Shown here: one piece after another, positions 15,708 through 23,873 of the stretch
Numbering within the stretch: position 1 is the stretch's first letter
Layout: the number at the start of each line of letters is the position of its first letter
Origin: an uncultured Verrucomicrobiota bacterium
GTDB taxonomy: Bacteria; Verrucomicrobiota; Kiritimatiellia; JAAZAB01
Direction of reading: 5' to 3'
NCBI GenBank assembly: GCA_964650945.1
Contig: CAZYXU010000004.1
Span: 2,594 to 66,593, forward strand
Length of the DNA stretch: 64,000 nucleotides
The notes under the pieces: generated by a model
The model's input: only the letters and a program-made list of their open reading frames with translations
Databases searched by the model: none
What the model was told of the DNA's origin: nothing
Position numbers and translations under genes: made by a program

Positions 15708-17435
15708 TCACCGGGCGGCGGCGCATTCCACCGGCGTCAGCGATGGAATATCCAGATAGCGCACCGCCTGCGAGGCAATGGCGCTGAAAACCGGCCCGGC
15801 GGCGGCGCCGCCGGTGCGCGTCTGTTTGGGCTCATCCAGCACCACGATAATCGCCAGTTGCGGCGCCTCGGCCGGGATGAACCCCACGAACGAAGACATA
15901 TTCAACAAGTCCGAATAACCGCCGGGTACGGGCTTCTGCGCGGTGCCGGTCTTGCCCCCGACGGTATAGCCGGCCACGCACGCCCGCCGGCCGGTACCGC
16001 CTTCCTCGGTCACGCGGGTCAGCAATTTTAACATGCAGGCGGCCGTATCGGCGCTGATTGGCCGGCCCAGTTCCACCGGCTCCTGGCGCGACAAAACCTG
16101 GCCTTCGCCGTCGCGGATTTCCCGGACCACGTACGGGCGCAGCAGCACGCCGCCGTTGGCGATCGCGCACATCACTCCCAGCATTTGCAGCGAGGTCACG
16201 GCCACTTCATGCCCCATGGCAATGCGCGTGATGCTCAAGGGCGTCCAGCGCGTTACGGGATGGAGGGTGCCGCCCTCCTCGCCGGGCAAATCTATCCCCA
16301 TGGGCTTGCCCAGTCCGAAGGCCGTCAGGTAATCGTGCAAACGGGCCGGGCCCAATTCCAAGGCGATTTTGGCCGCGCCGATATTGCTGGATTTCTTGAC
16401 GACATCGGCCACGGTGAGCCGCCCGTAGGGATGGTAATCGCGCAGCGGGCGCCGCTGGTAAATCCAGGCGCCGTTTTCGCAATCGAACACCTGCCCGGGA
16501 TGCACCACCCCCGCGTCCAGCGCCGCGGCAATCACCGCCATCTTGAAAGTCGAGCCGGGCTCGTAATTATACGCGATGCAGCGGTTACGGCGATTTTCCG
16601 GCGCCGCATTGCGAAAGTCGTTGCCGTCATAATCCGGGTAGCCGGCCATGGCCAGAATTTCCCCGGTGCGCACCCGCTCCACGATCGCCCAGCCCGCCAG
16701 GGCGCGCTGCTCCTCCACCGCCTGGCGCACCGCCTGCTCGGCAATGTATTGCACATATTGGTCCAGGGTTAAAACCACATCCGCCCCGGGCCGCGGCCGG
16801 ATTTCCAGCAGGCGCCGATCGTACAGTTCCCGCCGCCGGCCATCCAACTCGCTGATCAAAAGGCCCGGCACGCCGCGCAAGTAGCGTTCCCAGCGCTGTT
16901 CCACGCCCGCGCTGCCCTGCCTGGCCAGGTTGACATATCCCAGCACATGGCACAGACTGGGACCGCGGGGATAGGCGCGGACCATGAATTCCCGCAGGAA
17001 TACCCCCGGCAACTGCAGGGCGCGCAATTGCTCCGCCACCGCCTGGTCGACGGTCCGGCCGTAGCCCAGCACCGTGACATCGCGGCGTTCCGGGCGGTCA
17101 AGCTGCACGCGCAAGCCGGCGGCATCCAAATCCAGCACCCGCGCCAGCTCATTGACCACCAGGTCCAAGCTCTGGTTTTCGGCGATCAATGCCGGATCGG
17201 AGCGCACTTCCTGGCGCACCAGGTCCAGGGCCAGAATATTTCCGTTGCAATCCAGGATCTTGCCGCGGCCGACAGTCAGGTTTTGCTCCAGCCGGCGCAA
17301 CTCGTCGATGCGCGCCCGCCGCGCATCGCACGGCCCGGCATGCAGGAAAACCAGGCGCGCGCTCAACCCGCCCATCACCATCACGAGCAGGCTCAGCGCC
17401 AGCCATAACCGGATTTGCAGCTTGCGGTCAGTCAT
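15708..17435 (-). CDS. ftsI: Peptidoglycan D,D-transpeptidase FtsI (class B PBP)
   Basis: It has an N-terminal TM anchor, a PBP dimerisation domain and the transpeptidase motifs STFK (GSTFKMAV), SSN (KKSSNIG) and KTG (GGKTGTAQK). Confidence 0.9.
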   Translation of the reverse strand: MTDRKLQIRLWLALSLLVMVMGGLSARLVFLHAGPCDARRARIDELRRLEQNLTVGRGKILDCNGNILALDLVRQEVRSDPALIAENQSLDLVVNELARVLDLDAAGLRVQLDRPERRDVTVLGYGRTVDQAVAEQLRALQLPGVFLREFMVRAYPRGPSLCHVLGYVNLARQGSAGVEQRWERYLRGVPGLLISELDGRRRELYDRRLLEIRPRPGADVVLTLDQYVQYIAEQAVRQAVEEQRALAGWAIVERVRTGEILAMAGYPDYDGNDFRNAAPENRRNRCIAYNYEPGSTFKMAVIAAALDAGVVHPGQVFDCENGAWIYQRRPLRDYHPYGRLTVADVVKKSSNIGAAKIALELGPARLHDYLTAFGLGKPMGIDLPGEEGGTLHPVTRWTPLSITRIAMGHEVAVTSLQMLGVMCAIANGGVLLRPYVVREIRDGEGQVLSRQEPVELGRPISADTAACMLKLLTRVTEEGGTGRRACVAGYTVGGKTGTAQKPVPGGYSDLLNMSSFVGFIPAEAPQLAIIVVLDEPKQTRTGGAAAGPVFSAIASQAVRYLDIPSLTPVECAAAR

Positions 17436-17802
17436 TCATGAGCGCCCTGGATGTATCCGCCAGATGTGCCAGCGGCCCGAAATCGTTGCCCGCCGCGCGC
17501 GCAGGCAGGCGCACGACATCGCGCGCCGCCGGCGCAATCATCACCAGCCGGTTGCGCGCCAGAGCCTGTTCGATGCTCGCCGGCGATTTCAGCATTTCCC
17601 ATTTAGACAACTCATGCGCATACGCTTTGTCCAGGGCCACCAGTTGTTTCTCCAGGTTTTTGATGCGCCCACCCAAAGCATGCCCCTGGGCATCCAGCCA
17701 GACATACGCCAGCAACAAGGTCACGGTCAACGCCAGGAAAACCGCCGCCGGCAGAGGGAAGGCAAATCCTGCATTATTGCGTTTACGATTTTTCGCGGAC
17801 AT
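17428..17802 (-). CDS. ftsL: Cell division protein FtsL-like (small bitopic membrane protein)
   Basis: A 124-aa protein with one TM segment (FPLPAAVFLALTVTLLLAYVWL) followed by a coiled-coil-like region. It occupies the canonical position between rsmH and ftsI and overlaps ftsI by 8 nt. Confidence 0.6.
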   Translation of the reverse strand: MSAKNRKRNNAGFAFPLPAAVFLALTVTLLLAYVWLDAQGHALGGRIKNLEKQLVALDKAYAHELSKWEMLKSPASIEQALARNRLVMIAPAARDVVRLPARAAGNDFGPLAHLADTSRALMND

Positions 17803-17805
17803 TTT

Positions 17806-18747
17806 TCATGCTCCTTGATACGATTGACAAATTTCGATTACCCTGAGTCGGGCGGAACGCGCCCGCGGATTGGACCGCGTTTCCTCCGCCGTGGGCAGCA
17901 ACGGCTTGCGGGTCACCGCCCGCACCAACGGCGCATCGCCGATGACCCGCCAGCCGCCGGCCTGCAGGGATTCGCGGCGCAACATGTGCCGGCGCGCCGT
18001 CTGTTTCACCAGCCGGTCTTCCAAGCTGTGATACGACAGCACCGCCAGCCGCCCGCCGGGCCGCAAGATTTGCAGCGCCGCCTCCAATCCCTTTTCCAAG
18101 CACTCCAATTCACGGTTGACCACAATCCGCAAAGCCTGAAAAGCGCGGGTAGCCGGATGGATGCGCCCGCCGGACTGCCGGCGCGCCTGCGCCACTGCTT
18201 CCGCCAGATCCATGGTGGTGCGCAGGGCGCCCCGATCGCGCGCCCGCAGGATCGCCCGCGCCACCCGGCCGGCCGCTGGTTCATCCCCGAACCGCCAGAG
18301 CCAGTCACGCAGCGCGCGCTCATCCGCGCCGGCCAGCAATTCCGCCGCCGTGACGCCGGCGCCGGTTTGATCCATGCGCATATCCAGCGGCCCGGCCTGG
18401 CGAAAACTGAATCCACGTTCCGGCATGTCCAACTGCTCCGAAGATACGCCCAAATCCAGGATGATTCCGTCCACCGCCGTGAACCCAAAACGCTCTGCGA
18501 TCCCGCCCATTTCCGCAAAATTTCCATGCGCCAGCCGGCATTGTTCCCGCCAGGGCGCCAGGCGCCCGGACGCGCGCGCCAATGCTTCCGGGTCGCGATC
18601 CACGCCAATCAGCACGCACGCGCCCTGCAAGCGTTCCAGCAAGGCCAGGGCATGGCCGCCATCGCCCAGCGTGCCGTCCAGATACACGCCGCCGGCGCGC
18701 AACGCCAGCGCATCCAAGACCTCTTTAACCATCACCGGATCATGCAT
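17806..18747 (-). CDS. rsmH: 16S rRNA (cytosine1402-N4)-methyltransferase
   Basis: HDPVMVKEVLDAL and YLDGTLGDGGHA form the RsmH/MraW SAM-binding signature. It sits in dcw context. Confidence 0.95.
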   Translation of the reverse strand: MHDPVMVKEVLDALALRAGGVYLDGTLGDGGHALALLERLQGACVLIGVDRDPEALARASGRLAPWREQCRLAHGNFAEMGGIAERFGFTAVDGIILDLGVSSEQLDMPERGFSFRQAGPLDMRMDQTGAGVTAAELLAGADERALRDWLWRFGDEPAAGRVARAILRARDRGALRTTMDLAEAVAQARRQSGGRIHPATRAFQALRIVVNRELECLEKGLEAALQILRPGGRLAVLSYHSLEDRLVKQTARRHMLRRESLQAGGWRVIGDAPLVRAVTRKPLLPTAEETRSNPRARSARLRVIEICQSYQGA

Positions 18748-18759
18748 GCCGGCCGCCCG

Positions 18760-18972
18760 TCACGCCGGACAGGTGAGCGCCGCCTGTTCGGCGTATTCCA
18801 GATTGCGCAACTTGAGCTTCATGATCTCGGTTTCGTAACACACGCTGCAAAAGCCGTGGGAATAAGTCACCCCGGGCTCCTCCGGCGTAAAGCGATACTG
18901 CCAGATTCCCAAAACTTCATCGCGTTCACGCCCGCAAATGCAGCATTTGGTGATAACTTTCATGGATTGCAT
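18760..18972 (-). CDS. Small Cys-rich (CxxC...CxxC) zinc-ribbon-like protein, 70 aa
   Basis: GGAGG lies 3 nt before the ATG, and the ORF ends 12 nt before the rsmH start. Cysteines sit at positions 10, 11, 13, 42, 45 and 68. The sequence is KCCICGRERDEVLGIWQYRFTPEEPGVTYSHGFCSVCYE. Confidence 0.55.
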   Translation of the reverse strand: MQSMKVITKCCICGRERDEVLGIWQYRFTPEEPGVTYSHGFCSVCYETEIMKLKLRNLEYAEQAALTCPA

Positions 18973-19037
18973 ACGCCTCCAGCCATTTTATCCCGCGACC
19001 GGCGGCGACGCCCGAATGGCCGCCGCCGCATGCCGCC

Positions 19038-19328
19038 TCAGGCACTGAGCCATGAACTGACGTTCCACAGACACCCGTTCGCTCCCGCCGATAATTGCGC
19101 GCCGCGCGGATTTTTCCCTGCCAGGCGGGAAAAGCGCGCCGGTTGCGCGGCCGCCGCCCCCTTGCGCACCGGCACGATCTGCATGGTTTGCCCCATGACA
19201 ACGTCATGCGCCCCGAAACGCACCGAGCGCAGAACCCTTTCCGGGAAGACCAACCAGCGGCCGGCATCCGCATAGGTTTCCAGCACGCCGTTCCACCCCA
19301 TCAAACGCGCCCTTGACGTCATAGCCAT
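19038..19328 (-). CDS. Hypothetical protein, 96 aa
   Basis: AAGGAG lies 2 nt before the ATG and third codon positions are GC-rich. The N-terminal 55 aa look globular (GWNGVLETYADAGRWLVFPERVLRSVRFGAHDVVMGQTMQIVPV) and the C-terminal part is low-complexity. I recognise no family. Confidence 0.45.
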   Translation of the reverse strand: MAMTSRARLMGWNGVLETYADAGRWLVFPERVLRSVRFGAHDVVMGQTMQIVPVRKGAAAAQPARFSRLAGKNPRGAQLSAGANGCLWNVSSWLSA

Positions 19329-19427
19329 TTCTCCTTTTTACTGACATCAAGCCGGCGCCAGCGCCGGCCAGACTCTTTCCCCGCCCCTGGGGCGCCCGCG
19401 GCCGGTTTCCGGCCGCTGCGCGCCGCC

Positions 19428-19910
19428 TTATAAATCGACATAACGCAATGCGTCTTCGAGCGTGGCGTCGCCCACGGCGCTGGCGGCGCGCCACGCCTCG
19501 GGGCTCCACGCCTCAAAATGATCGAACGCGCCGATCAGTTCCACCTGCTCGGAAATTCCCGCCTGCGCCAACAAGTCGTCCTTGATCCGGATACGCCCCT
19601 GCGTGTCCCATTCCAGCAATTCGGAACTTGCCGCGAGCACCCGCGCCAGCACCCGCGCCCGGCGGTCGGCGATGCCGATCTGCCGGAACTTTTCCAGGCG
19701 GTGCGCCATTTCGGCGGCCGGATAAACATACAAACACTTGTCGCCATTCAATCCCGGCAGCACATACAGGCGTTTTAACGCGCCCACTTGTTCCCGCCAT
19801 TCCGCCGGGATGGTGAGGCGTTTTTTCGGGTCAAGCGAATGCAGAAAGCGGCTGACAAACCCGCCCGCCGCCAATTCCGAGCGACCCGGCAATGTGTCCT
19901 TCTGGTTCAC
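19428..19910 (-). CDS. mraZ: Transcriptional regulator MraZ
   Basis: It has two SpoVT/AbrB-like halves with DxxxR motifs (LDPKKRLTIPAEWRE and DTQGRIRIKDDL). It is the first gene of the dcw cluster. The start codon is GTG. Confidence 0.9.
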   Translation of the reverse strand: MNQKDTLPGRSELAAGGFVSRFLHSLDPKKRLTIPAEWREQVGALKRLYVLPGLNGDKCLYVYPAAEMAHRLEKFRQIGIADRRARVLARVLAASSELLEWDTQGRIRIKDDLLAQAGISEQVELIGAFDHFEAWSPEAWRAASAVGDATLEDALRYVDL

Positions 19911-19924
19911 CTACGCCCCCTCTT

Positions 19925-20000
19925 TTGACACAATTCAACACTTTGCCCCACCGCTTGTCAACACTTTTTTCATTTTTTTTAAAATTTTTTTTGCTGGGAT
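19925..20000 (-). promoter_or_regulatory. Candidate mraZ (dcw) promoter with an A-tract UP-like element and phased GTG boxes
   Basis: The minus strand reads AAAAAAAATTTTAAAAAAAATGAAAAAAGTG-TTGACA-17 nt-TTGAAT-TGTGTCAAAAGAGGGGGCGTAG-GTG(start). AAAGTGT occurs twice, and GTG triplets recur at about 10-bp phasing across the spacer. Confidence 0.4.
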
Positions 20001-20048
20001 TGGCCTGCATGTCCAGCCGGGATGGGCTTAACCGGCATGAAAAAGATT

Positions 20049-20077
20049 TTGACCGCAGGCTGACATTCTGTTACCAT
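20049..20077 (+). promoter_or_regulatory. Candidate sigma70-type promoter (TTGACC-17-TACCAT)
   Basis: Read directly from the sequence. It lies about 90 nt upstream of the ATG at 20165. No experimental support. Confidence 0.3.
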
Positions 20078-20164
20078 CCGCGAAGTTTAACACCGTTGCG
20101 GCAAAGCCGCGTTTGCCGCATGGTGAATGTTTGCAGGGATATCACCCAACCAGGAGCAGACAGC

Positions 20165-20677
20165 ATGAAAAAGACCACTGCCTTTGCCGCCGCCATTGCC
20201 CTCGCCGGTTTGCTGACATACAGCCTCCCGGCGCAAGAGCCGGCCGCCGATTCCGCGGCGCCGGCGGCCGCCACCCCCCCGGTTTTCACCCCGGCCCAGG
20301 ACGCGACGGGCCAGCCCCAGGGCCAACCGCCGAATCGCCCCACGCCATTCAATGTTGAGATGAGCGCGGAGTTCATGCGCAAGGTGATGGAAACCAGCGC
20401 CAAGATTGAAGCGATCAAAAAGGAAGCGGCCGCGCGGCGCGCGGAAATTTTCAAAACCAACGGGGAAATCCAGGATTACCAAGCCCGGATGGTTAAATTG
20501 CAGGAGCAGATCAACGCCATCCTGGACGCCGATCCGGAATTGACCAAACTGGAAATGGAACGCGATATTGTCTGGACCACCATGCCGCCTATGCCCGGCG
20601 CCCGCATGCGCCCCGGCGTTCCGCCGGGGATGTTTCCCATGATGCCCAACGCGGCGGCGGCGCCGCAGACCAAATGA
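20165..20677 (+). CDS. Secreted hypothetical protein with a Pro/Ala-rich linker and a coiled-coil region
   Basis: This is ORF 19892..20677. I place the start at ATG 20165, preceded by AGGAG. The signal peptide is MKKTTAFAAAIALAGLLTYSLPAQ. The helical region is EAIKKEAAARRAEIFKTNGEIQDYQARMVKLQEQINAIL. Confidence 0.6.
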   Translation: MKKTTAFAAAIALAGLLTYSLPAQEPAADSAAPAAATPPVFTPAQDATGQPQGQPPNRPTPFNVEMSAEFMRKVMETSAKIEAIKKEAAARRAEIFKTNGEIQDYQARMVKLQEQINAILDADPELTKLEMERDIVWTTMPPMPGARMRPGVPPGMFPMMPNAAAAPQTK

Positions 20678-21168
20678 TCGGGACATCCATGCCTGCCAAA
20701 GTGCTCATAGTATATTTTTCGCGTTCCGGCAACACCGCCCGCATGGCGGAGCTGGTGGCCGAAGGCGTGCGCCAGGGCGGCGCCGAACCCGTCATCAAGC
20801 CCGTGGAGGAAGCGAAAATCAACGACCTGGTGGAAGCGCAGGGCATTCTCCTGGGCTCGCCCACCTACTACGGCTCGATGGCCGCCGAAATCAAGCGTTT
20901 CATTGACGCCAGCGTCAAACTGCACGGCCATCTCGCCGGCAAGGTGGGCGGCGCTTTCACCTCCTCCGGCGGCATCGCCGGCGGCAACGAAACCGCCGTC
21001 CTCGACATGCTCAAAGCACTGCTGATCCACGGCATGGTTATTCCCGGCAACGTCAACGGCGACCATTACGGCCCGGTGGCGGTGGGCGCCCCCGATCAGC
21101 GCTCCGCCGATCAATGCCGGCAAATGGGCAAGATCATCGGGCAATTGACGGCCAAGCTTTTCCCGTAA
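20674..21168 (+). CDS. Flavodoxin-like fold protein (WrbA/NAD(P)H-quinone oxidoreductase-like)
   Basis: KVLIVYFSRSGNTARMAE is the FMN-binding loop, followed by LLGSPTYYGSMAAEIKRFID. The ATG at 20674 overlaps the upstream stop codon (ATGA). The ATG at 20689 is an alternative start. Confidence 0.8.
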   Translation: MIGTSMPAKVLIVYFSRSGNTARMAELVAEGVRQGGAEPVIKPVEEAKINDLVEAQGILLGSPTYYGSMAAEIKRFIDASVKLHGHLAGKVGGAFTSSGGIAGGNETAVLDMLKALLIHGMVIPGNVNGDHYGPVAVGAPDQRSADQCRQMGKIIGQLTAKLFP

Positions 21169-21277
21169 CAGGCCATGCCCGCCGTCATCGCGAACGGAGC
21201 GCTGCCGGTATGCGATGACTTTGCGCCCGTGGATGCCGGTCTGAAACAAGCCCTGACCGAAATATCCGGCAGGCATT

Positions 21278-22315
21278 ATGAAAGCCAAGCTACATTATCC
21301 CATCGCAAGCCGGCCGACCCTGTTCCATGCCATCGAGCATTTGGCATTCCTGCGCAGATTTCAGCACATACTCTACCAACTTACCGGTCTGCCGTTCGAT
21401 TTCATCGACCCACACAGCCAGTCTTCCGCTGCCTTGCGGGCGCAAAAGACATTCACAACGTTCTGCTCGCTTGTGCGGGGCACGCCCACCGGGTTGGCGG
21501 CATGCGAACATGACGATCGTTGCGCGGTGGATGCCTGCCCCAAATGCGGCGGCGGTTTGGCGCGGCATTGCCATCTCGGGATGGTTGACATTATCGTGCC
21601 GGTGATCTGCAACGGCACGATCGCCGGTTATTTCTGCACCGGCCAATTTTTCGCGCGCCGCCCAACTCCGCGAACATTCCGCCGCATCCAAAAACGCCTG
21701 ACTGTTCTAGGCGTGGACATCCAACAGGCGCGACGCGCATATTTCCAGACGCCGGTTTTCGACTGGCGCCGCATTCGGGCCATCCTGGACCTGATCAAAA
21801 TGGTGACCGGCCTGATTGACGCCCAAAGACTGGCGCTGCTAAGTTCCGGACTGGCCCACCACCCGCTGCAGAAGGCGCTGGATTATATCGAACGCCATTT
21901 TACCGAGCCCTTGACAATGCAGACCACGGCCCAGGCGGCGGGGCTCAGCGGTTCACGCCTGGCGCATGTTTTCCGGGCGCAACTGAACACAAGTTTCACG
22001 GCATACCTGAACATGGTACGGATCAATGCCGCAAAAAATCAACTGGCCGATTCGCCGACAAGGATCAGCGAAATCGCTTTCCAGACAGGGTTCGGCAATT
22101 TGAGCCATTTCAACCACATCTTCCGTCGCGGCACGGGATTGACTCCGACGCAATATCGCCAACAGCATAATTGCACAAGCATTCGACAGGCGGCTGGTAG
22201 CCGGATAATTCCGCCATGTTATACTGCGCGTCAAAAGGAGAAAATCCATGTGCGCCAAACATTCGGCGACCGCGCGAACCAAATCCATCCTGGTGCTGGC
22301 CGGGCACCTGGATGA
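21278..22315 (+). CDS. AraC family transcriptional regulator with an N-terminal PocR-like sensory domain
   Basis: The C-terminal double HTH is TMQTTAQAAGLSGSRLAHVFRAQL followed by ISEIAFQTGFGNLSHFNHIFRRGTGLTPTQYR. The N-terminal Cys-containing region (CSLVRGTPTGLAACEHDD, CPKCGGGLARHCHLGMVD) is typical of PocR domains. Confidence 0.85.
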   Translation: MKAKLHYPIASRPTLFHAIEHLAFLRRFQHILYQLTGLPFDFIDPHSQSSAALRAQKTFTTFCSLVRGTPTGLAACEHDDRCAVDACPKCGGGLARHCHLGMVDIIVPVICNGTIAGYFCTGQFFARRPTPRTFRRIQKRLTVLGVDIQQARRAYFQTPVFDWRRIRAILDLIKMVTGLIDAQRLALLSSGLAHHPLQKALDYIERHFTEPLTMQTTAQAAGLSGSRLAHVFRAQLNTSFTAYLNMVRINAAKNQLADSPTRISEIAFQTGFGNLSHFNHIFRRGTGLTPTQYRQQHNCTSIRQAAGSRIIPPCYTARQKEKIHVRQTFGDRANQIHPGAGRAPG

Positions 22316-22967
22316 TTCAGTCATAGCCGTCGGCGGCATCATCGGCCGATGCATCGCGCAAGGCTGGCAAGCGCATGTTTTCTGTTTCGGCAATGGCGAC
22401 GAAGCATTCACCGCTCGCAGCGGTCGGAAGGGCGCGGCAAGAAAATTCATGGCGGAAGCCCGGGCGGCGCACCGGGAACTGGGGGTAACGTCCTTTGAAT
22501 GCGCCGGGCTGCCTGATTTTGCCGTGCAACGCAATCGCGCCACTTATCACGCCTGCATTGCCGCCATCCGGAAATATAAACCGGAAATCATACTGGGCCA
22601 CTATTGGCGCGAATATTTCCAACACCGCGACATGGCTCGGTTGACTTGCGACGCCTGGTGGCAGGCCGCCTGGGATTGCAGCGCTGACCTGGGATCCCCA
22701 TGGCGGACAAAGGCCATGTTTCACTTCGAGGTGCTGCACGACCTGCCCGATCCAACCCACATAATAGATGTAACCGAAAGTTTTCCCGGCAAAATCCGCG
22801 CTTTCCAAAAATTCATATCCGCCCAGGATCATCTTGGCGGCATGGTGGATCAACTGGAGGCGCGCGCGCGGTTTCACGGCAGTAAAATTGGAGTGAAATA
22901 CGCCGAAGTGCTGCGCCAATCGTTTTTTGTCCCCAACCCAATAGCCCGAATCCAGGATTTGTTGTAA
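22248..22967 (+). CDS. PIG-L/LmbE family de-N-acetylase
   Basis: AAGGAG lies 7 nt before the ATG. ILVLAGHLDDSVIAVGGII corresponds to the AHPDD-type motif, and FQHRDM to the HxDH-type motif. Confidence 0.75.
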   Translation: MCAKHSATARTKSILVLAGHLDDSVIAVGGIIGRCIAQGWQAHVFCFGNGDEAFTARSGRKGAARKFMAEARAAHRELGVTSFECAGLPDFAVQRNRATYHACIAAIRKYKPEIILGHYWREYFQHRDMARLTCDAWWQAAWDCSADLGSPWRTKAMFHFEVLHDLPDPTHIIDVTESFPGKIRAFQKFISAQDHLGGMVDQLEARARFHGSKIGVKYAEVLRQSFFVPNPIARIQDLL

Positions 22968-23851
22968 TGAAGCCAACGCCAGCGCTAAAGTGGGGTTTTA
23001 CAATTGATGATGTCGGCATGGACGGATACTCATCGGAAGCGCACCTGACCGCGCTGCTGGATTTCCTTGCTGAACAAAAAATTGCCGCCACCCTCTTTGC
23101 CGTTCCGCGGTCTGATGGAAAACGGCTGGATCGGCGGCAAGGTTACATGTCAATCCTGAAAGATGCCATCCAACGCGGACACGAAGTGGCGCAACACGGA
23201 CTCGATCACGACCGGTTTGAAGTCGGCATACCGCCGGAAATGATTTTAAGCCTGCCGCATGAGGGACCGGCCAGAAAGTATTTGGCGGAAAACAAAGATA
23301 AACTGGCGGCGGTCCATACCGTTGACAAAATCCGGGAAAAATTGCGCGAAGGACGCCGGATAATCGAAGATGCCACAGGCAGACCGGTGCACGGCTTCCG
23401 CGCCCCGGCCTTACAGACCTGCGTCAACCTGTTTACGGCCTTGGCGGAGGAAAATTATTCCTATGACAGCTCCACATTCCTGCAACCGGCCGCATGGTCC
23501 ATTCTGAACAATATCCCTTATACACCACATCCAATCACCCGCGACGATTTCCTTAAACATCAAAAACCGGGCTTGCGCGAACTGCCGTTAACCGCGGAAT
23601 ACACATGGTACCTGAAGCAGGCAAAATTCGATGAAACTGATGCGCTTGCCGCCCACGACTTTGATGCCTGTCTTAAAGCCGGCATCCCCTTTATAAACAT
23701 TTGCCATGTTTCTCCGATTCAGGAAGGCGCAAATCCTGCGCTGGGCTTTGAACTCTACCGCAAATTATTAAAATACGCACGGGAAAGCGCCCGCTGCTCA
23801 AACTGCGACATCGAATATCAAACCCTTGCAGGCATCGCCGATTCCATTTGA
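22967..23851 (+). CDS. Polysaccharide deacetylase-like protein (CE4/DUF2334-like)
   Basis: FTIDDVG (a TFDDG-like motif), AQHGLDH and GFRAP resemble NodB-fold motifs. The start overlaps the upstream stop codon (TAATG). Confidence 0.7.
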   Translation: MKPTPALKWGFTIDDVGMDGYSSEAHLTALLDFLAEQKIAATLFAVPRSDGKRLDRRQGYMSILKDAIQRGHEVAQHGLDHDRFEVGIPPEMILSLPHEGPARKYLAENKDKLAAVHTVDKIREKLREGRRIIEDATGRPVHGFRAPALQTCVNLFTALAEENYSYDSSTFLQPAAWSILNNIPYTPHPITRDDFLKHQKPGLRELPLTAEYTWYLKQAKFDETDALAAHDFDACLKAGIPFINICHVSPIQEGANPALGFELYRKLLKYARESARCSNCDIEYQTLAGIADSI

Positions 23852-23873
23852 TCATTCAAACAAGCTTCCCGGA

